In this document: piece by piece, positions 24,762 to 37,578 of the stretch
Layout of the letters: every line of letters begins with the position of its first letter
Numbering within the stretch: the first letter of the stretch is position 1
Assembly: GCF_006345805.1 (NCBI RefSeq)
Contig: NC_043006.1
Coordinates: 104,160,001 to 104,224,000 of the forward strand
Direction: 5' to 3'
DNA length: 64,000 nt
Origin: Octopus sinensis
Lineage: Eukaryota
The notes under the pieces: generated by a model
What the model was told of the DNA's origin: nothing
The model's input: the letters and a program-made list of their open reading frames with translations, nothing else
The model's database searches: none
Translations under genes and position numbers: made by a program

Positions 24762-25977
24762 TATATAGGTTTGTATGTAAATATATATATGTGTAAGTAT
24801 TTATGTATACATGTCTATCCATTTATAAGCTGATGTATTGCTATTTTAAACATTAAAACCATTCTCATGGCGGACATCTATGGTACCCTTTTGTTTATGT
24901 ATTTTAAATACGTCTGCGAATGATATAATTTTAACATCGATATTAGCCATTGCACGGCAACCGTAATTTAATGTAAAAAAAAGAAAGAAAAAATCAAAAT
25001 CCTTTGTGTTGTTGGACCTACACGATTGATGGACACTTATCTAAGAATTCCTTAGGGTTGGTTTTAGTCATTATCCACTTTGTTAGTTTTTTTTTATTAC
25101 AGATAGTCGCAAGATAATTACACACTTAAGAGCAGCTGAAGAATATGGCCGACATATATATTAATACAATCCTAACAAATGTCAGAATACGACTTCTAAC
25201 ATTTCTATGGCGTATAATGTGTATATATGAAAATATATGTATTAAAATTAATCTAACTACACTAAACAGCTATTTGCAACGATAGCGTAACAAAGCAGCA
25301 ATCTTACAACTGTTAACAGCTATTATTATACAATTATGTTTATATAATAACCGCTACAAACGTATAAATTTCCAGCCCACATATAATGGACGCGATGTTA
25401 GACGTTGCTGAGATCGTAAATATTTTGATGTTGTTTATTTTTGCTGTTATTTCAGAATGATTTTTAGACCAAAAATAAATATTTTACGACCTAAAACGTC
25501 GATAAAATTACGTTTTATAGAAAATCACTTTTGCTTTTTTTTTTATTTTGTGGTTTTATGTGGCTTCCGTTTTATTTACACATTCAAACTAGCATTTTTT
25601 TTACACATTCATGTGTTTGTTTATGGCATTTAAGACACCGTAACTTAGCGGTTCGACAAAAATAGAACGATAGAATAAGTAACGAGGCTTTAACAAAACA
25701 AAACAAAGTACTGGGTTTAATGTTTTTTACTAAACCCTTTAAATTGGATCCTCAGCATGATCGCAGCCTAATGATTGAAAGAAGTAAACCGTAAATGATA
25801 CGAGATACCATTGAAGCAAATATATATACTCGTGTGTGTTTGTATGTGTGTGGTGGGGTGAAGTATTTATTTTTTGTGTGCTTTTGTATGCATACATGGG
25901 GCTTATATGTATGTCATGGATTGATCGCTAGCTACTAAAATTTTTTTTTCTTTCTTTCTCTGCTTTTTTCTGTGCTC

Positions 25978-26013
25978 CTTTCTGTTGAAGAGCGTAGGCG
26001 CGAAACCTAAAAG
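25978..26013 (+). ncRNA. Degenerate PLE-type hammerhead (A6U)
   Basis: CTTT-CTGTTGA-A-GAGC-GTAG-GCGC-GAAA-CCTA-AAAG, within a pLTR-like segment at 25915-26100. Confidence 0.5.
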
Positions 26014-26247
26014 ACTTTCTCACTTTCCGAGCGTTAATCTAATACATCTGTTTGTTGTTTACACACGCGTCTTCGTCTTTTTTTTTATTTTTGCAAATTC
26101 CAACGATCTTTATAAATAAGAAAAGAAGGGGTGTTTCCAGGCAGGAAAAAATATAGAATATAGGAGAATTTGTTTTTGAAAATGCACCTAAATCTGAAAA
26201 ACTTTTAATTGTTTTTAAATAAATTTATTTACAAACTTACCAAACTA

Positions 26248-26777
26248 GTTTCAACATTTTTTTGTGTATGAATGGTATAAACGTATGGGATTAAAAAAAA
26301 GCTTAAATTGCAAATTAGAAAACATGTTTAAAGGATTAAATGTTTATAAAATACAATATCAAAAATGGTCGGCGAAGAATATTAAAAAATGTGGATCACC
26401 AAAAGTTCGGTCATATTGTTTTAAGAGAGAGAAAAATAAGAAAATGAGAGAGTAAAGGAAAAGGGCTCTGTTACAGTTTCTGTCATCTTGTGTGTGATTC
26501 TATTTCCTTGTACGCGACGGATAACAGAATGACAAGCAAGGTGACAGCAACTGTAATGAAAACCCTTCTCATTACTCCCTTTCTTATTTTTCTCTCTCTT
26601 AACTAAGTACGACCGAACTTTTGGTGATCCACATTTTTTTATATTCTTCACCGAAAATTTTTGATATTATTGTATTTTGTGAACATTTAATAATTTAAAC
26701 ATGTTTTCTACTTCGTCATTTAAAGATTTTAACGCCCATTCGTTTATACCACTAGTAAACAAAAAAATTGTTGAAAC
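26248..26777. mobile_element. Foldback/palindromic MITE-like element with ~240-bp imperfect arms
   Basis: For example AAAAAATGTGGATCACCAAAAGTTCGGTC vs GACCGAACTTTTGGTGATCCACATTTTTT. Outer ends GTTTCAACA / TGTTGAAAC. Confidence 0.85.
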
Positions 26778-27669
26778 TTTTGCCGTTGATTCATTATCAT
26801 ATTTCGCTTGAGACATTTTTTTCCGTATTTTCCCCTAAATTTTGTGGAACGAATGCCTATGTAGTGCATCTTGCTTTAAATCTACTGGTTAGTTCTCTGA
26901 AGTCTTTTCTCAGTCTTTTCCTTTGCCACAATATTGTTGCCTTGTAGATTACGTCTATGTTACATATTTTTCCAGATTGCTCCGTTGAAGCTGTTGTAAT
27001 TGCACCTAGTTTTTGTTGTTGATTGGATAGTATTTTGCTCGTTGTGGAGTTATAAATAAATTAATAGCTATTAAGTAAACCGTGTTATCTATGGTCGGTT
27101 GAGAAGTGTCAGCTGTTTAGTGTGTGGAAGTGTTAATTGCTTAAGGTCGGGAAGATTTTAACCACCATTACAACAAGCGAAACCGTCGTAAAATTTCTGC
27201 AAATAGCAATAATCTAGCTGAAGAAAATATTAATCTAATATAGTAGTGGACTGAACAACTTATAAAAAAACAAAGGTCCAATAAGTGTGGTCTCACTAAC
27301 AAAGGACCCAGAAAACAAAATAAAACAAAGGATTCCACTTGTGTCACCAAACAAATTAATCTGAAGCATTCCTGAAAGAAATTGTAGAAGCGAATACTTT
27401 CAATGAAAGATTAAAATACTTACCTAAACCCAGAACAATGATGCATAAACTTGGCATCCTTCAACCGGAGCATTGTAGCAATGAAGCTTAGGAATTCCAT
27501 AAATAATTCACCATTTAATCCTCAACTTGAACACACATGCACACATACACACACACACACACACATGCACACACACACACGCACATACACACATGCACAT
27601 ACTCACGCACATACACATGTATGTATAAATGTAAGCACTACGTATGTGTAGATTTATATATATATATTT

Positions 27670-27972
27670 CTGCGCCCTTTTCAAGCGTAGGCTCATGGGC
27701 CCACTTTCCTGGTTTCTATGGTGTATGTGTTCCCCCCAGCTGGATGGGACGCCAGTCCATTGCAGCGTTACTCAAGAAACAGTAAGAAAGAGTGAGAGAG
27801 AAAGTGGAGGCAAAAGAGTACAACAGGGGTCGCCACAAGTCCCTGCCGGAGCCTAGTGGAGCTTTAGGTGTTTTCGTGCAATAAACACACACAACGCCAG
27901 GTCTGGGAATCGAAACCGCGATCCTCCGACCGCGAGTTCACTGCCCTAAACACCGGGCCATTGCGCCTCCAC
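27670..27972 (-). mobile_element. tRNA-derived SINE (head as 9769), tail type 3 (ATGGACTGGCGTCCCATCCAG)
   Basis: Minus-strand tRNA head. The tail is also present alone on + at 28870-28980. Confidence 0.82.
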
Positions 27973-27983
27973 ACACACACACG

Positions 27984-28018
<35 letters not shown>

Positions 28019-28999
28019 TAAAAAAAAACACCTTTTATCAATTCAAATACACCGTCTAGGAAATTACATATAATAGAAGTATTAAATATAAAATAACATT
28101 AGTATATCGATGATTAATAATGTGCAAAATGTATAAAAAGTATATATTGGGTAGAATAACGACACGTATTTCGTGGCCATATTTAAGAAATGATTATAGT
28201 AAAAATATTAGTAGTAGTAGTAACAAAATTAATTCACAAATTAAATTAAATGTAATACGTTAGATCCGTTTATAAAAATAATAATAAATCATTCAAAATA
28301 AATAGATATAATAATTAATAACTATCATAACTTATAACTATCAATATATATAAAAATGATATAATGGCGAAAATCATTTACTAATGAAAAGTAAGAAAAA
28401 CATCTAAGTCCCATAAATTAAAGAAAGGTGCAAAAATATTAGGACAAATGAACAATGTACTATGAAGACATTCAACAACAACCGACAGTCCACTACAAAT
28501 CCAGTCCATAACACTAATAATAATAACAACAATCAAACTCAATATAATACAAGTTCCAAATAATATTGATAAACAAACAATCGTTACGAAGTTTATCGAT
28601 TAAATTAATCTATCTGGATTTTAGATGTATAAAAATAGATTTTAGCGTCTTATTAATATACCCAATGCTATTACTAGTCATGAATAATATAATCAAAAAT
28701 AGGAAATGGTTCAAATATACACAAACCCATTATATAAACTAACTATATTATTAATATATATGTAGTATCTATAGATTTAATATTTCACACGATAATAAAG
28801 TTGAACAAAATATTAATTAATATAAAAACTAATTTACTAAATTGTAATGCTACTTAATAAAAATGTCGACCTGAGTAACGCTGCGATGGACTGGCGTCCC
28901 ATCCAGCTTGGGAACACATATGCCATAGAAACCGGGAAACCGGGCCCATGAGCCTGGCTAGGTTTTAAAAGGGCGCATTTATTTTAATTTTCATTATGA

Positions 29000-29190
29000 G
29001 CCAGCAAGTTCGGGAGATGGATATATCGATTACATTGGCCCCTGTGTTCAACTGGTACTTATTTTCTCGACCCCGAGGGGTTGAAAGGCAAGGACGACCC
29101 CAATGAAATCTGAACTCAGAACGTAAAGGCGGATGAAATGCTGCTAAGCATTTTGCCCGACTTGCTAACGATTCTACCAGCTTGCCGCTT
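29000..29190 (-). mobile_element. Diverged Meta-like SINE
   Basis: Reverse complement of the head plus central domain. Confidence 0.7.
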
Positions 29191-30835
29191 TCAAAATATG
29201 TATCGCGAAATATTAAGACTTGACTGTCTACAGTGCAAACAATAAATGACAGTAAATATGATATTAGGTCAAGTGCTGAAACATCGATTTCGATAAATGA
29301 CCAGATATCATTATCTTGCAAATTTGAATTCATGTTTAAAATGAAACGGCTTTTGCATATGTGGATTGACGGTCGGAATAATGTGCTGTTGAATGTAACA
29401 TGAAAACCACTGATGAGATGACTAAAAGTTTGTGTGACAATTTGTAGGAAGTCGAGAGTGTGTCATCGATGCAAATTATTTCTTGCAAATAAATCTCAAA
29501 TTTTACAGCATTAGAATGATCAGTAAAGCTGTCAATACTACCAGAGAGAGACTACTATTAATTATCGGGACTTGTTGATGAACACTATTGTTGTAGTAGG
29601 ATATACAGCTGATCAAATGTGCGAGGTCTTGAGACTCTGTGTCCACATCCCCTTACGCTTTTATTTTCAGTGAAGAAAAATCAACACGGGATTTTAAACT
29701 TTCCAGTAATCTCCTGAAGCTTCTTGTGGCAGGAAATATTGTTAGTGAATCCAAATAATTATCTCTACACCTGCATCACATCCATAAATCAAACGCTTTC
29801 AAGGATCATGCATTTTACATATCTGTGCTTTGGTGTTCATATGTGAAGGTTTCACGAATACTATAGCCTTTTTCAAACTTTTTCTCTTTACTATAGACAG
29901 GTATATTGCAAGGCATAATATTTACAAACAAACATTGCTCCTTGTATTCAATACACCAAGCTACTCAATGAGCTTTCAATGACTTCTGATAATGTGAAAG
30001 TGGGATATATCTCCAAGAAACAAATCTCTTTGCGTCAACCAATGAATCAAGGTTTGATATAAAAGTAATGTTCTGAAAACATTAAAACAACGCATAAAAG
30101 CAACCGAAGGATAAACCTTCAGTTCAAGACTTCTAATATTATGGATGCAGGAGCTTGCATAGCCGTGGCATAATCTGAAGCCAGATCCAGTGTTTGGCGC
30201 CCGAATATCTGATAAGATGATATCTATGACATTGTGAGTGGGAAAATCTACATAAAATTCAGCGAGATATTCTGACACGGACAAAACGTTTGAATATGTT
30301 GTAAAAATGACATGGCTGCATGGCAACAGACTTCTAAAAGAATCTGTTCGATGAAGAGCTGATGATGCAAAAGTAAGAGCGAGCTGTACATAAGAGCTCT
30401 ACTTTCGCCATCTCAGTTTATTTCAAAGACTATCGCTGCACATACTGACGTTAATGATGTGCAGGGCAGAAGAAATTTCCTCTCTTCTTCCAAGTTATCC
30501 CTTTTTCTAACAGCACCTATTGCACAGCAGTCAACATTATTTGTGATATGTACGTTACGTACTGCAAAGCTACAATATTTTTGAAACCAATTCTTCAATG
30601 TGTTTCCTTTAAAATGCTTTTAGACATACATACACACATACATACATATATAATAGTTTTCAAATTTTGGCACAAAGCCTGCATGTTCGGTGAGGGTGTA
30701 AGTCGATTATAACGACCCCTGCATAACATATGTACATATATACCAGTCCCTATAGCGAATATGTTATCAGCATATTGGCATAGAAATAATTTTCTTTTGC
30801 GTTGAGAGAGATACATACATGCATACATACATACA

Positions 30836-30869
<34 letters not shown>

Positions 30870-31094
30870 CATACACACATATATAAAAAAAAACATGTGT
30901 AGAACATAGGGAAAACATATCTTACAATGGCACCTGTAGCAGAACACGTGCCACTAAAGAATATTACAGCTGAATAAAGAAAATTTGGACCTCAGAACTC
31001 TCTACATTCAAAAAATCAGTGGTCCACATTTCGGCTACTTGACTGGACGCTTGTTAAGATCTGGGCCATTGATGTGAAACCTCCAAAATACTAA

Positions 31095-31245
31095 CAAGCT
31101 GTTTATCTTGATAGGAAATCCCTATGTCGTGCACATTCGGTTGTAATGCATATACCTGGTATACCCTTATCAAACGGTTAGTCATGATGGGTACACTGGG
31201 CTTCGTATATTTTACCCTAGTGTCATTTTGATGGCAGGCAATGCT

Positions 31246-31246
<1 letters not shown>
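31095..31246 (+). repeat. Fragment of (AAT)n-associated dispersed element (homologous to 46837-47386)
   Basis: Reverse-complement match to 46840-46990, directly followed by (AAT)n. Confidence 0.75.
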
Positions 31247-31282
<36 letters not shown>

Positions 31283-31612
31283 CAACAACAACAACTGCGG
31301 CTGCTGGTACTACTACTACTACTACTACGGTCTCTACTGCTGCTGTTTAAACTACTAACGTCTACATCAAGTACGACTCCTCATCACTACCAATTCTTCA
31401 GCAATTATCACAATCCTTTCAACATATCTAAGCTACACAATGAAATCACGTGACTCTCGACAGACAAGTTGTTGCCCAGAGTTATAAAAATGCTGCCATC
31501 TCCAATAACATCACTTCCGGTACTGTACATGTTCAAGAAAATTCTAACGAAGTTCTTTTTCAATGTGCTATATCATTCCCATTTTGCTCTGTGTTGTTAA
31601 AAAAGTAATAGA

Positions 31613-31651
<39 letters not shown>

Positions 31652-31759
31652 GATGATGATAGTGATAATGATGATGATGATGATGATGATGAAGATGATG
31701 ATGATAATAATAATAATAATAACAACAGCAGCAACAACAACAATGATAATAATAATAAC

Positions 31760-31793
<34 letters not shown>

Positions 31794-31992
31794 CTTCCCA
31801 CGAAAGCAATGCCATTATATGAATAGTTTGAGAAGAAGACAGATTGATAAAGAGGAAGGAAAGAAGTATAGAGAGAGAGAGAGAGAGAGATGAGGTAGAC
31901 AGACGGCAGACGAACGGAAGTAGAGAAAGAACTAAACAAAAAAGGCAATAAAAAACATGTGTGCGTGTGTGTGTGTGTGTGCGTGTGTGTAT

Positions 31993-32029
<37 letters not shown>

Positions 32030-32161
32030 CGGGAGAACTTCAGTAATGCAGATAACGAGAATGATGCAGAAAGAAGAAAAAATATTTATATGAAGAGAGT
32101 AAAAAAACAAGATAAATTTAATAATCAGAAAAGCGATGGCCGGGCGAGAAATGGATACCTG

Positions 32162-32194
<33 letters not shown>

Positions 32195-32247
32195 GGTGTG
32201 TGTGTGTGTGTGTACCGTAGTGAGACAAGCTCACAAATATATATATA

Positions 32248-32319
<72 letters not shown>

Positions 32320-32496
32320 TTGAGCTTATCTCACTAAAGTATGGAACTTTCTAGCCTCCTCTCTTTCGTCAACTTATTAAGATAGTGCTGTTTGTGGCCA
32401 ATTGAATCATTTTTGACTCTTGTTTTTAGCAATGCAGGTACTATTTTGTAGCCTTGTTTATAAATTTGCTATTAGGTTTAATTACTAATGGGCCCC

Positions 32497-32535
<39 letters not shown>

Positions 32536-32675
32536 GTGTGCGCGTGTGCATATGCGTTTATGTGTCTGTGTGTATTTGCGTGTATGTGCACTGATGTCTT
32601 ACATGAGCACCAGGAAATTCAGTGGGATTCGAACTTAGAATGTACACAACCAGTGCAACTACTGCTGCTCTTGCC

Positions 32676-32810
<135 letters not shown>

Positions 32811-32839
32811 GATATCAACTGAAAATTCTCTGGAGAAAT

Positions 32840-34380
32840 AATGAAAGCAAAATGTTGCGAGTAGATAAAGGATGAGAATGATGAGGAGGAGAGTGATGCA
32901 GCAAAAATGCCCGAAGCAGCGAGGAATTTTTGGGGGTCAGACATTTGGGTAAGTGAGTTTAACATAACAGGGAAGCAGATTGGTTTCAGAAATTTAAAAG
33001 GAGAAATGGAAAATAGATCAGAATTAGAAAATATAAATATTCCAGACGACGAAGTGAAAGCCAGAAGTAAGACAAGAAAGCATGGAGTCTCAGAACGGAC
33101 ATTTGAAGACCCTGGTAAGGCATTGGGTTCTTAAGAGGGTTAAAGAATTTTACCTTTTTGACATAAAAAAACGTGGTTATTTTTTGAAAAGTAGAATTAT
33201 TTATATTCAAAACTAGAAGAGTGAAATATTAAATTAAATTACTAGGAAATATGAAGATATGGAGGGGGATATTTTCAGGGAGACTCGTTCTCTCCATTAC
33301 TTGTCTTCATTGTGTTGATCCCTTTGTAAACATACTGAGAAAATCCGGAATTGTCTGTCGACCTCTGACCTTTCCAGCATCAGGGATAAGGTAATTATCT
33401 GTAGTATACGGATGACCCCAAATTATAAATGCGAATAAAATGTCTTGGATTCTCTGCTCTACACGGTAATAATATTTGTGAAGGATATTGATATGTTGTG
33501 TGTGGTATATAAGTGTGCAGTTGTAATTATTAAGAGAGGTCGAAAAGTTTAATCTGTTGGTATAAAGCTACCACAAGATGTTATCATTACATTGCTGAAT
33601 AGAATAGGTAACATACAAGTAGAGGGGTTTGCTGCAGGACGATAATGTAATAGAAAGAGAAATGAGAGAGAAAATCTCCAAAGAGTATAAGAAAAAGATT
33701 AGAAAGGTGGTCGAAATTGAGAAAATATCAATTACACAGGCAGGAGCTTTGTCGTTGTTTGTTCCTGCTCGAGCCACGCCTGGCACATAAAGAACGGTTT
33801 CCCAGTTTCCTTGGCGTATAGGTTCCCCACCTGGACGGGAAGCCGGTCCGTCTCAGGTGAGCTGCAAGATGCAGGAGGAAAGAGAGAGAGAAAGGTGTGG
33901 CGGAAGAGTCAGCAGAAGTTCGCCATTACCTTCTGCCGGAGCCGCGTGGAGCTTAGGTGTTTCGCTCATAAACACACACATCGCCCGGTCTGAGATTCGA
34001 ACCCCCCACGATCCCTCGACCGCGAGTCCGCTGCTCTAACCACTAGGCCATGTGCCTCCACAACACACACAGGTAGGAGGTCATTCGATTGCTGAGATAA
34101 TTCTAAGCCACATGAAATGGATATAACAAAACGGCTGCTCACAATGCATAAGACACTCCGCTTTGAAAGTAATATCGACAGACTCTAATTCCCAAGAAGA
34201 GGAGGAGACAGAGATTTATAGCAGAGATGTGTGACAGATATTTGTAGAATGTAGAAACTACCATTAGTTCTTCGACCTGGAGCATGAATAACTATGTTGT
34301 ACATATATGCGGTTTGAAATATCGAAGTAGTCGCTGAAACAGTGAGAGAATTCCTGATAAGAAAGAACGACAAGAAAAAT
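32840..34380 (+). pseudogene. Highly decayed R4/Dong-like RT remnant, interrupted by a SINE
   Basis: IFQGDSFSPLL (~33268), NYL*YTDD (~33395), and after the SINE LLTMHKTL..ESNIDRL*FPRRGG (LY.PR..GGRGL-like). Confidence 0.7.
33790..34060 (-). mobile_element. tRNA-derived SINE, head GGAGGCACATGGCCTAGTGG, type 3-like tail
   Basis: Minus-strand A/B boxes. Tail GACGGACCGGCTTCCCGTCCAGG. Confidence 0.8.
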
Positions 34381-34497
34381 TGTTGGAAATACGTCACTAT
34401 AACTGTAATGAATATACGCAGGACGCCATGATAGATCGTTAGCTCCTACACGCATGTTTTTTCTCTCCTTATTTCTCTCCTCGTTTTTTCCTGTGTA

Positions 34498-34535
34498 TCT
34501 TTCTGTCGAAGAGCGTAGACTCGAAACGTAAAAGA
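34498..34535 (+). ncRNA. PLE-type minimal hammerhead with A6U core change
   Basis: TCTTT-CTGTCGA-A-GAG-CGTAGA-CTC-GAAA-CG-TA-AAAGA with a perfect 5-bp stem I. It lies in a pLTR-like segment (34426-34626) with an inverted partial copy at 34650-34720 across (TA)n. Confidence 0.62.
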
Positions 34536-34872
34536 CTTTTTCTATTCCTGAGTGTTTTACTAATACATTTGTTTGCTTGTGTTCCACCTGCCTTCATCTT
34601 TTGTTTATTTTCGTAAACTTTCCCTTTATATATATATATATATATATACTTGAAATTTAGAGAAAAATAAAAGACGAAGACAGGTGTATGAACAACAAGT
34701 AGGTGAATTAGTTTGACGCAGGTGTATTAATTTGGCGCAGAAGTGGCTGTGTGGTAAGTACCTTGTTTACCAACCATAGGCACCTTGGGCAAGTGTCTTC
34801 TACTGTGGCCCCCGGCAGAACAAAGCATTGTGAGCAGTGGATTTCGTAGACAGAAACTGGAAGAAGCCCGTC

Positions 34873-34970
<98 letters not shown>

Positions 34971-35192
34971 TTTAATCAATTTAGGGTAGCAAAAAATTCA
35001 GTAAAAATTTATCGCTACCAGCGGCCTAATGGAAAAGAGAAAATAGTCAAAGACTAAATATGTATAAATATAACAATTTAGGAATGGCCTGAACAGGCCA
35101 TTCGTCCACCAGAAAGAGCAGCCATAACTCCAACCGCCAAGTAGTGTAATTCGGAAATAAGGTGAAAATTTAAAAACATTTACCCTAATTCA

Positions 35193-35293
35193 TCTTTTAT
35201 ACGATGCATCGTTTCGGTGTCTTTAATGATAGACCAGCTTAATTAAATTAAATTAAGCTGGTCTACCATAGGTCACACTTCATCAGTAAAAGA
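35193..35293 (-). ncRNA. Type I hammerhead ribozyme, family B copy 1
   Basis: Minus strand: UCUUUUA-CUGAUGA-aGUGU...long hairpin...ACACc-GAAA-CGAUGCAUCG-UA^UAAAAGA. 7-bp stem I and palindromic stem III. Confidence 0.9.
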
Positions 35294-35666
35294 AACCTGG
35301 GAGAGACGGATATACACGAGGCTACTGTATCAATGCCTCGGGAATATCTGTCTTAAAATTTTCAAGACCAACGCATTCGCGCCAAACTTATCGGCAGCAA
35401 ATATAAACTGCCGATTCAATCTCAGAATTAGTCAGAAAATTATCATTAATCAATTTAGGGTAGCAAAAAATTCAGTAAAAATTTATCGCTACCAGCGGCC
35501 TAATGGAAAAGAGAAAATAGTCAAAGACTAAATATGTATAAATATAACAATTTAGGAATGGCCTGAACAGGCCATTCGTCCACCAGAAAGAGCAGCCATA
35601 ACTCCAACCGCCAAGTAGTGTAATTCGGAAATAAGGTGAAAATTTAAAAACATTTACCCTAATTCA

Positions 35667-35767
35667 TATTTTATACGATGCATCGTTTCGGTGTCTTTAA
35701 TGATAGACCAGCTTAATTAAATTAAATTAAGCTGGTCTACCATAGGTCACACTTCATCAGTAAAAGA
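35667..35767 (-). ncRNA. Type I hammerhead ribozyme, family B copy 2
   Basis: Same as copy 1 with one stem I substitution. The cleavage site is 474 nt from copy 1. Confidence 0.88.
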
Positions 35768-36012
35768 AACCTGGGAGAGACGGATATACACGAGGCTACT
35801 GTATCAATGCCTCGGGAATATCTGTCTTAAAATTTTCAAGACCAACGCATTCGCGCCAAACTTATCGGCAGCAAATATAAACTGCCGATTCAATCTCAGA
35901 ATTAGTCAGAAAATTATCAATTAATCAATTTAGGGTAGCAAAAAATTGGCGGTTGGAGTTATGGCTGCTCTTTCTGGTGGACGAATGGCCTGTTCAGGCC
36001 ATTCCTAAATTG

Positions 36013-36054
<42 letters not shown>

Positions 36055-36266
36055 CTGTGTCTGTGTTTGACCCACCAGCATCACTTGACAACCGATGTTG
36101 GTGTGTTTATATCCCCGTAACATAGCGGTTCGGCAAAAGAGACCAACAATGAGTAAGTTCTGGGCTTGATTTGTTCGTCTAAAGTCGGTGCTCCGGCATG
36201 GCCGCAATCAAATGACTGACACAAATAAAAGAAAAGAATAAAAGAATATATATATATATATATACA

Positions 36267-37150
36267 CAAGGTCTGATCAATAAGTATGCGAACTGTTGCC
36301 ATAGTAATGAAGCTAAAGCACGCCAAGTAAAGTCACTTGGCGCAGAATGACCTTGAACTCTGTTGTGCATGCGAACTAATTTTTAAAGTTCTAGCGTACT
36401 TACACTGTTTAGAGGAGTTCTTGGAAGGAAGGTGTGTAGCGTGTGATCGTCGAATTGACCATGACAGAGAAAGTTGCCATGGCGATACCTGCTCAGAGAC
36501 CTACGCAAAGTTGCGGAAAGTGTATGGGGAGGAGTGTATGAGTTGCACATAAGTGTACGAGCGGTTCAGGCGTTTGCAAGATGGCCGAAAAAATGTCGAT
36601 AGTAACGAACGTTCTGGGAGACACCCACAATCAGCCTAACTGAGGAAAACATTGCAGATGTACGTGCAGCTTTGAAGAAAATCGCCGAATCAGCACCCGT
36701 GAGTTATCAGAGGTTGAGCAGATTAGTTACGGTTCAGTTTAGTCCATCATCACAGAAGATTTGGATATGAGACGTGTGTCTACCAAGTTTGTGCCCAAAC
36801 TACTTTCAGCTTATTAAAAAGATACTCGGGTTTTTAGTTGCACAGGATCTTCTTAATTGTGTTTAGAACAATATAAACTTTTGAAAATTTTACGTAAGCC
36901 TCCAAAAGTTATCGCCAAGCTTTTGGCAAAATTTGATGCAGATTCTTTGATCAGCTTTCTCTGTCATGGTCAATGCGATGATCACACGCACCTTCCGAGC
37001 ACATCGGTATGCAGCGGAAGTGAGCTCGATGGTTAAAACTTAGTACGCATGCACAACAGAATTCAAGGTCAATCTGTGCCGAGTGACTTTGCTGTGTGCT
37101 TTAGCTTCGTTACTATGGCAACACACCGGTTACTTATTGATCTGACCTCG
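36267..37150 (+). mobile_element. Internally deleted mariner element with ~120-bp inverted ends
   Basis: Ends AGGTCTGATCAATAAGTA and TACTTATTGATCTGACCTCG-TA. Internal HTH remnant TYAKLRKVYGEECMS...ERSGR and VSTKFVPKLL. Confidence 0.88.
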
Positions 37151-37176
37151 TATTTATATATATGTATGTATATATA

Positions 37177-37578
37177 GGCGTAGATGTTGGTGTGTGGTTA
37201 GTAGCTTGCTTATCAACCACATGGTTCCGGGTTCAGTCCCACTGCGTGGCACCTTGGACAAGTGTCTTCTACTATAGCCTCGGGCTGAATAAAGCCTTCT
37301 GAGTGCATTTGGTAGACGGAAACTGAAAGAAGCCCGTCGTATATATATATGTATATGTACGTGTGTGCGTGTGTGTTTGTGTGTCTGTGTTTGTTCCCCC
37401 AACATCACTTGACAACTGATGCTGGTGTGTTTACGTTCCCGTATCTTAGAGGTTCGGCAAAAGTGACCGATAGAATAAGTACTGGGCTTACAAAGAATAA
37501 GTCCTGGGGTCGATTTGCTCGACTAAAGGCGGTGCTCCAGCATGGCCACAGTCAAATGACTGAAACAAGTACAAGAGT
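37177..37578 (+). mobile_element. CORE-like tRNA-derived SINE, full length
   Basis: Head GGCGTAG..TGTGTGGT..GGTTCAGTCC, CORE-like ACCTTGGACAAGTGTC, tail GACTGAAACAAGTA. Confidence 0.88.

Larger units (their letters stand above)
34972..36016. mobile_element. Retrozyme-like / PLE pLTR tandem array, family B (474-bp unit)
   Basis: Near-identical units start at 34972, 35446 and 35921 (partial), followed by an inverted 70-bp piece at 35946-36016 (reverse complement of ~35068-35140). (TA)n on both sides. Confidence 0.9.
34735..36245 (+). mobile_element. CORE-like SINE split by the family B array inserted in its internal (TA)n
   Basis: The 5' half (34735-34875) ends ...GAAGCCCGTCGTATATA. The 3' half resumes at 36050-36245. 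Confidence 0.8.

Noticed and set aside
29330-30610. Complex non-repetitive region that might be a decayed DNA transposase
   Set aside because: No convincing motif in the frames read by eye.
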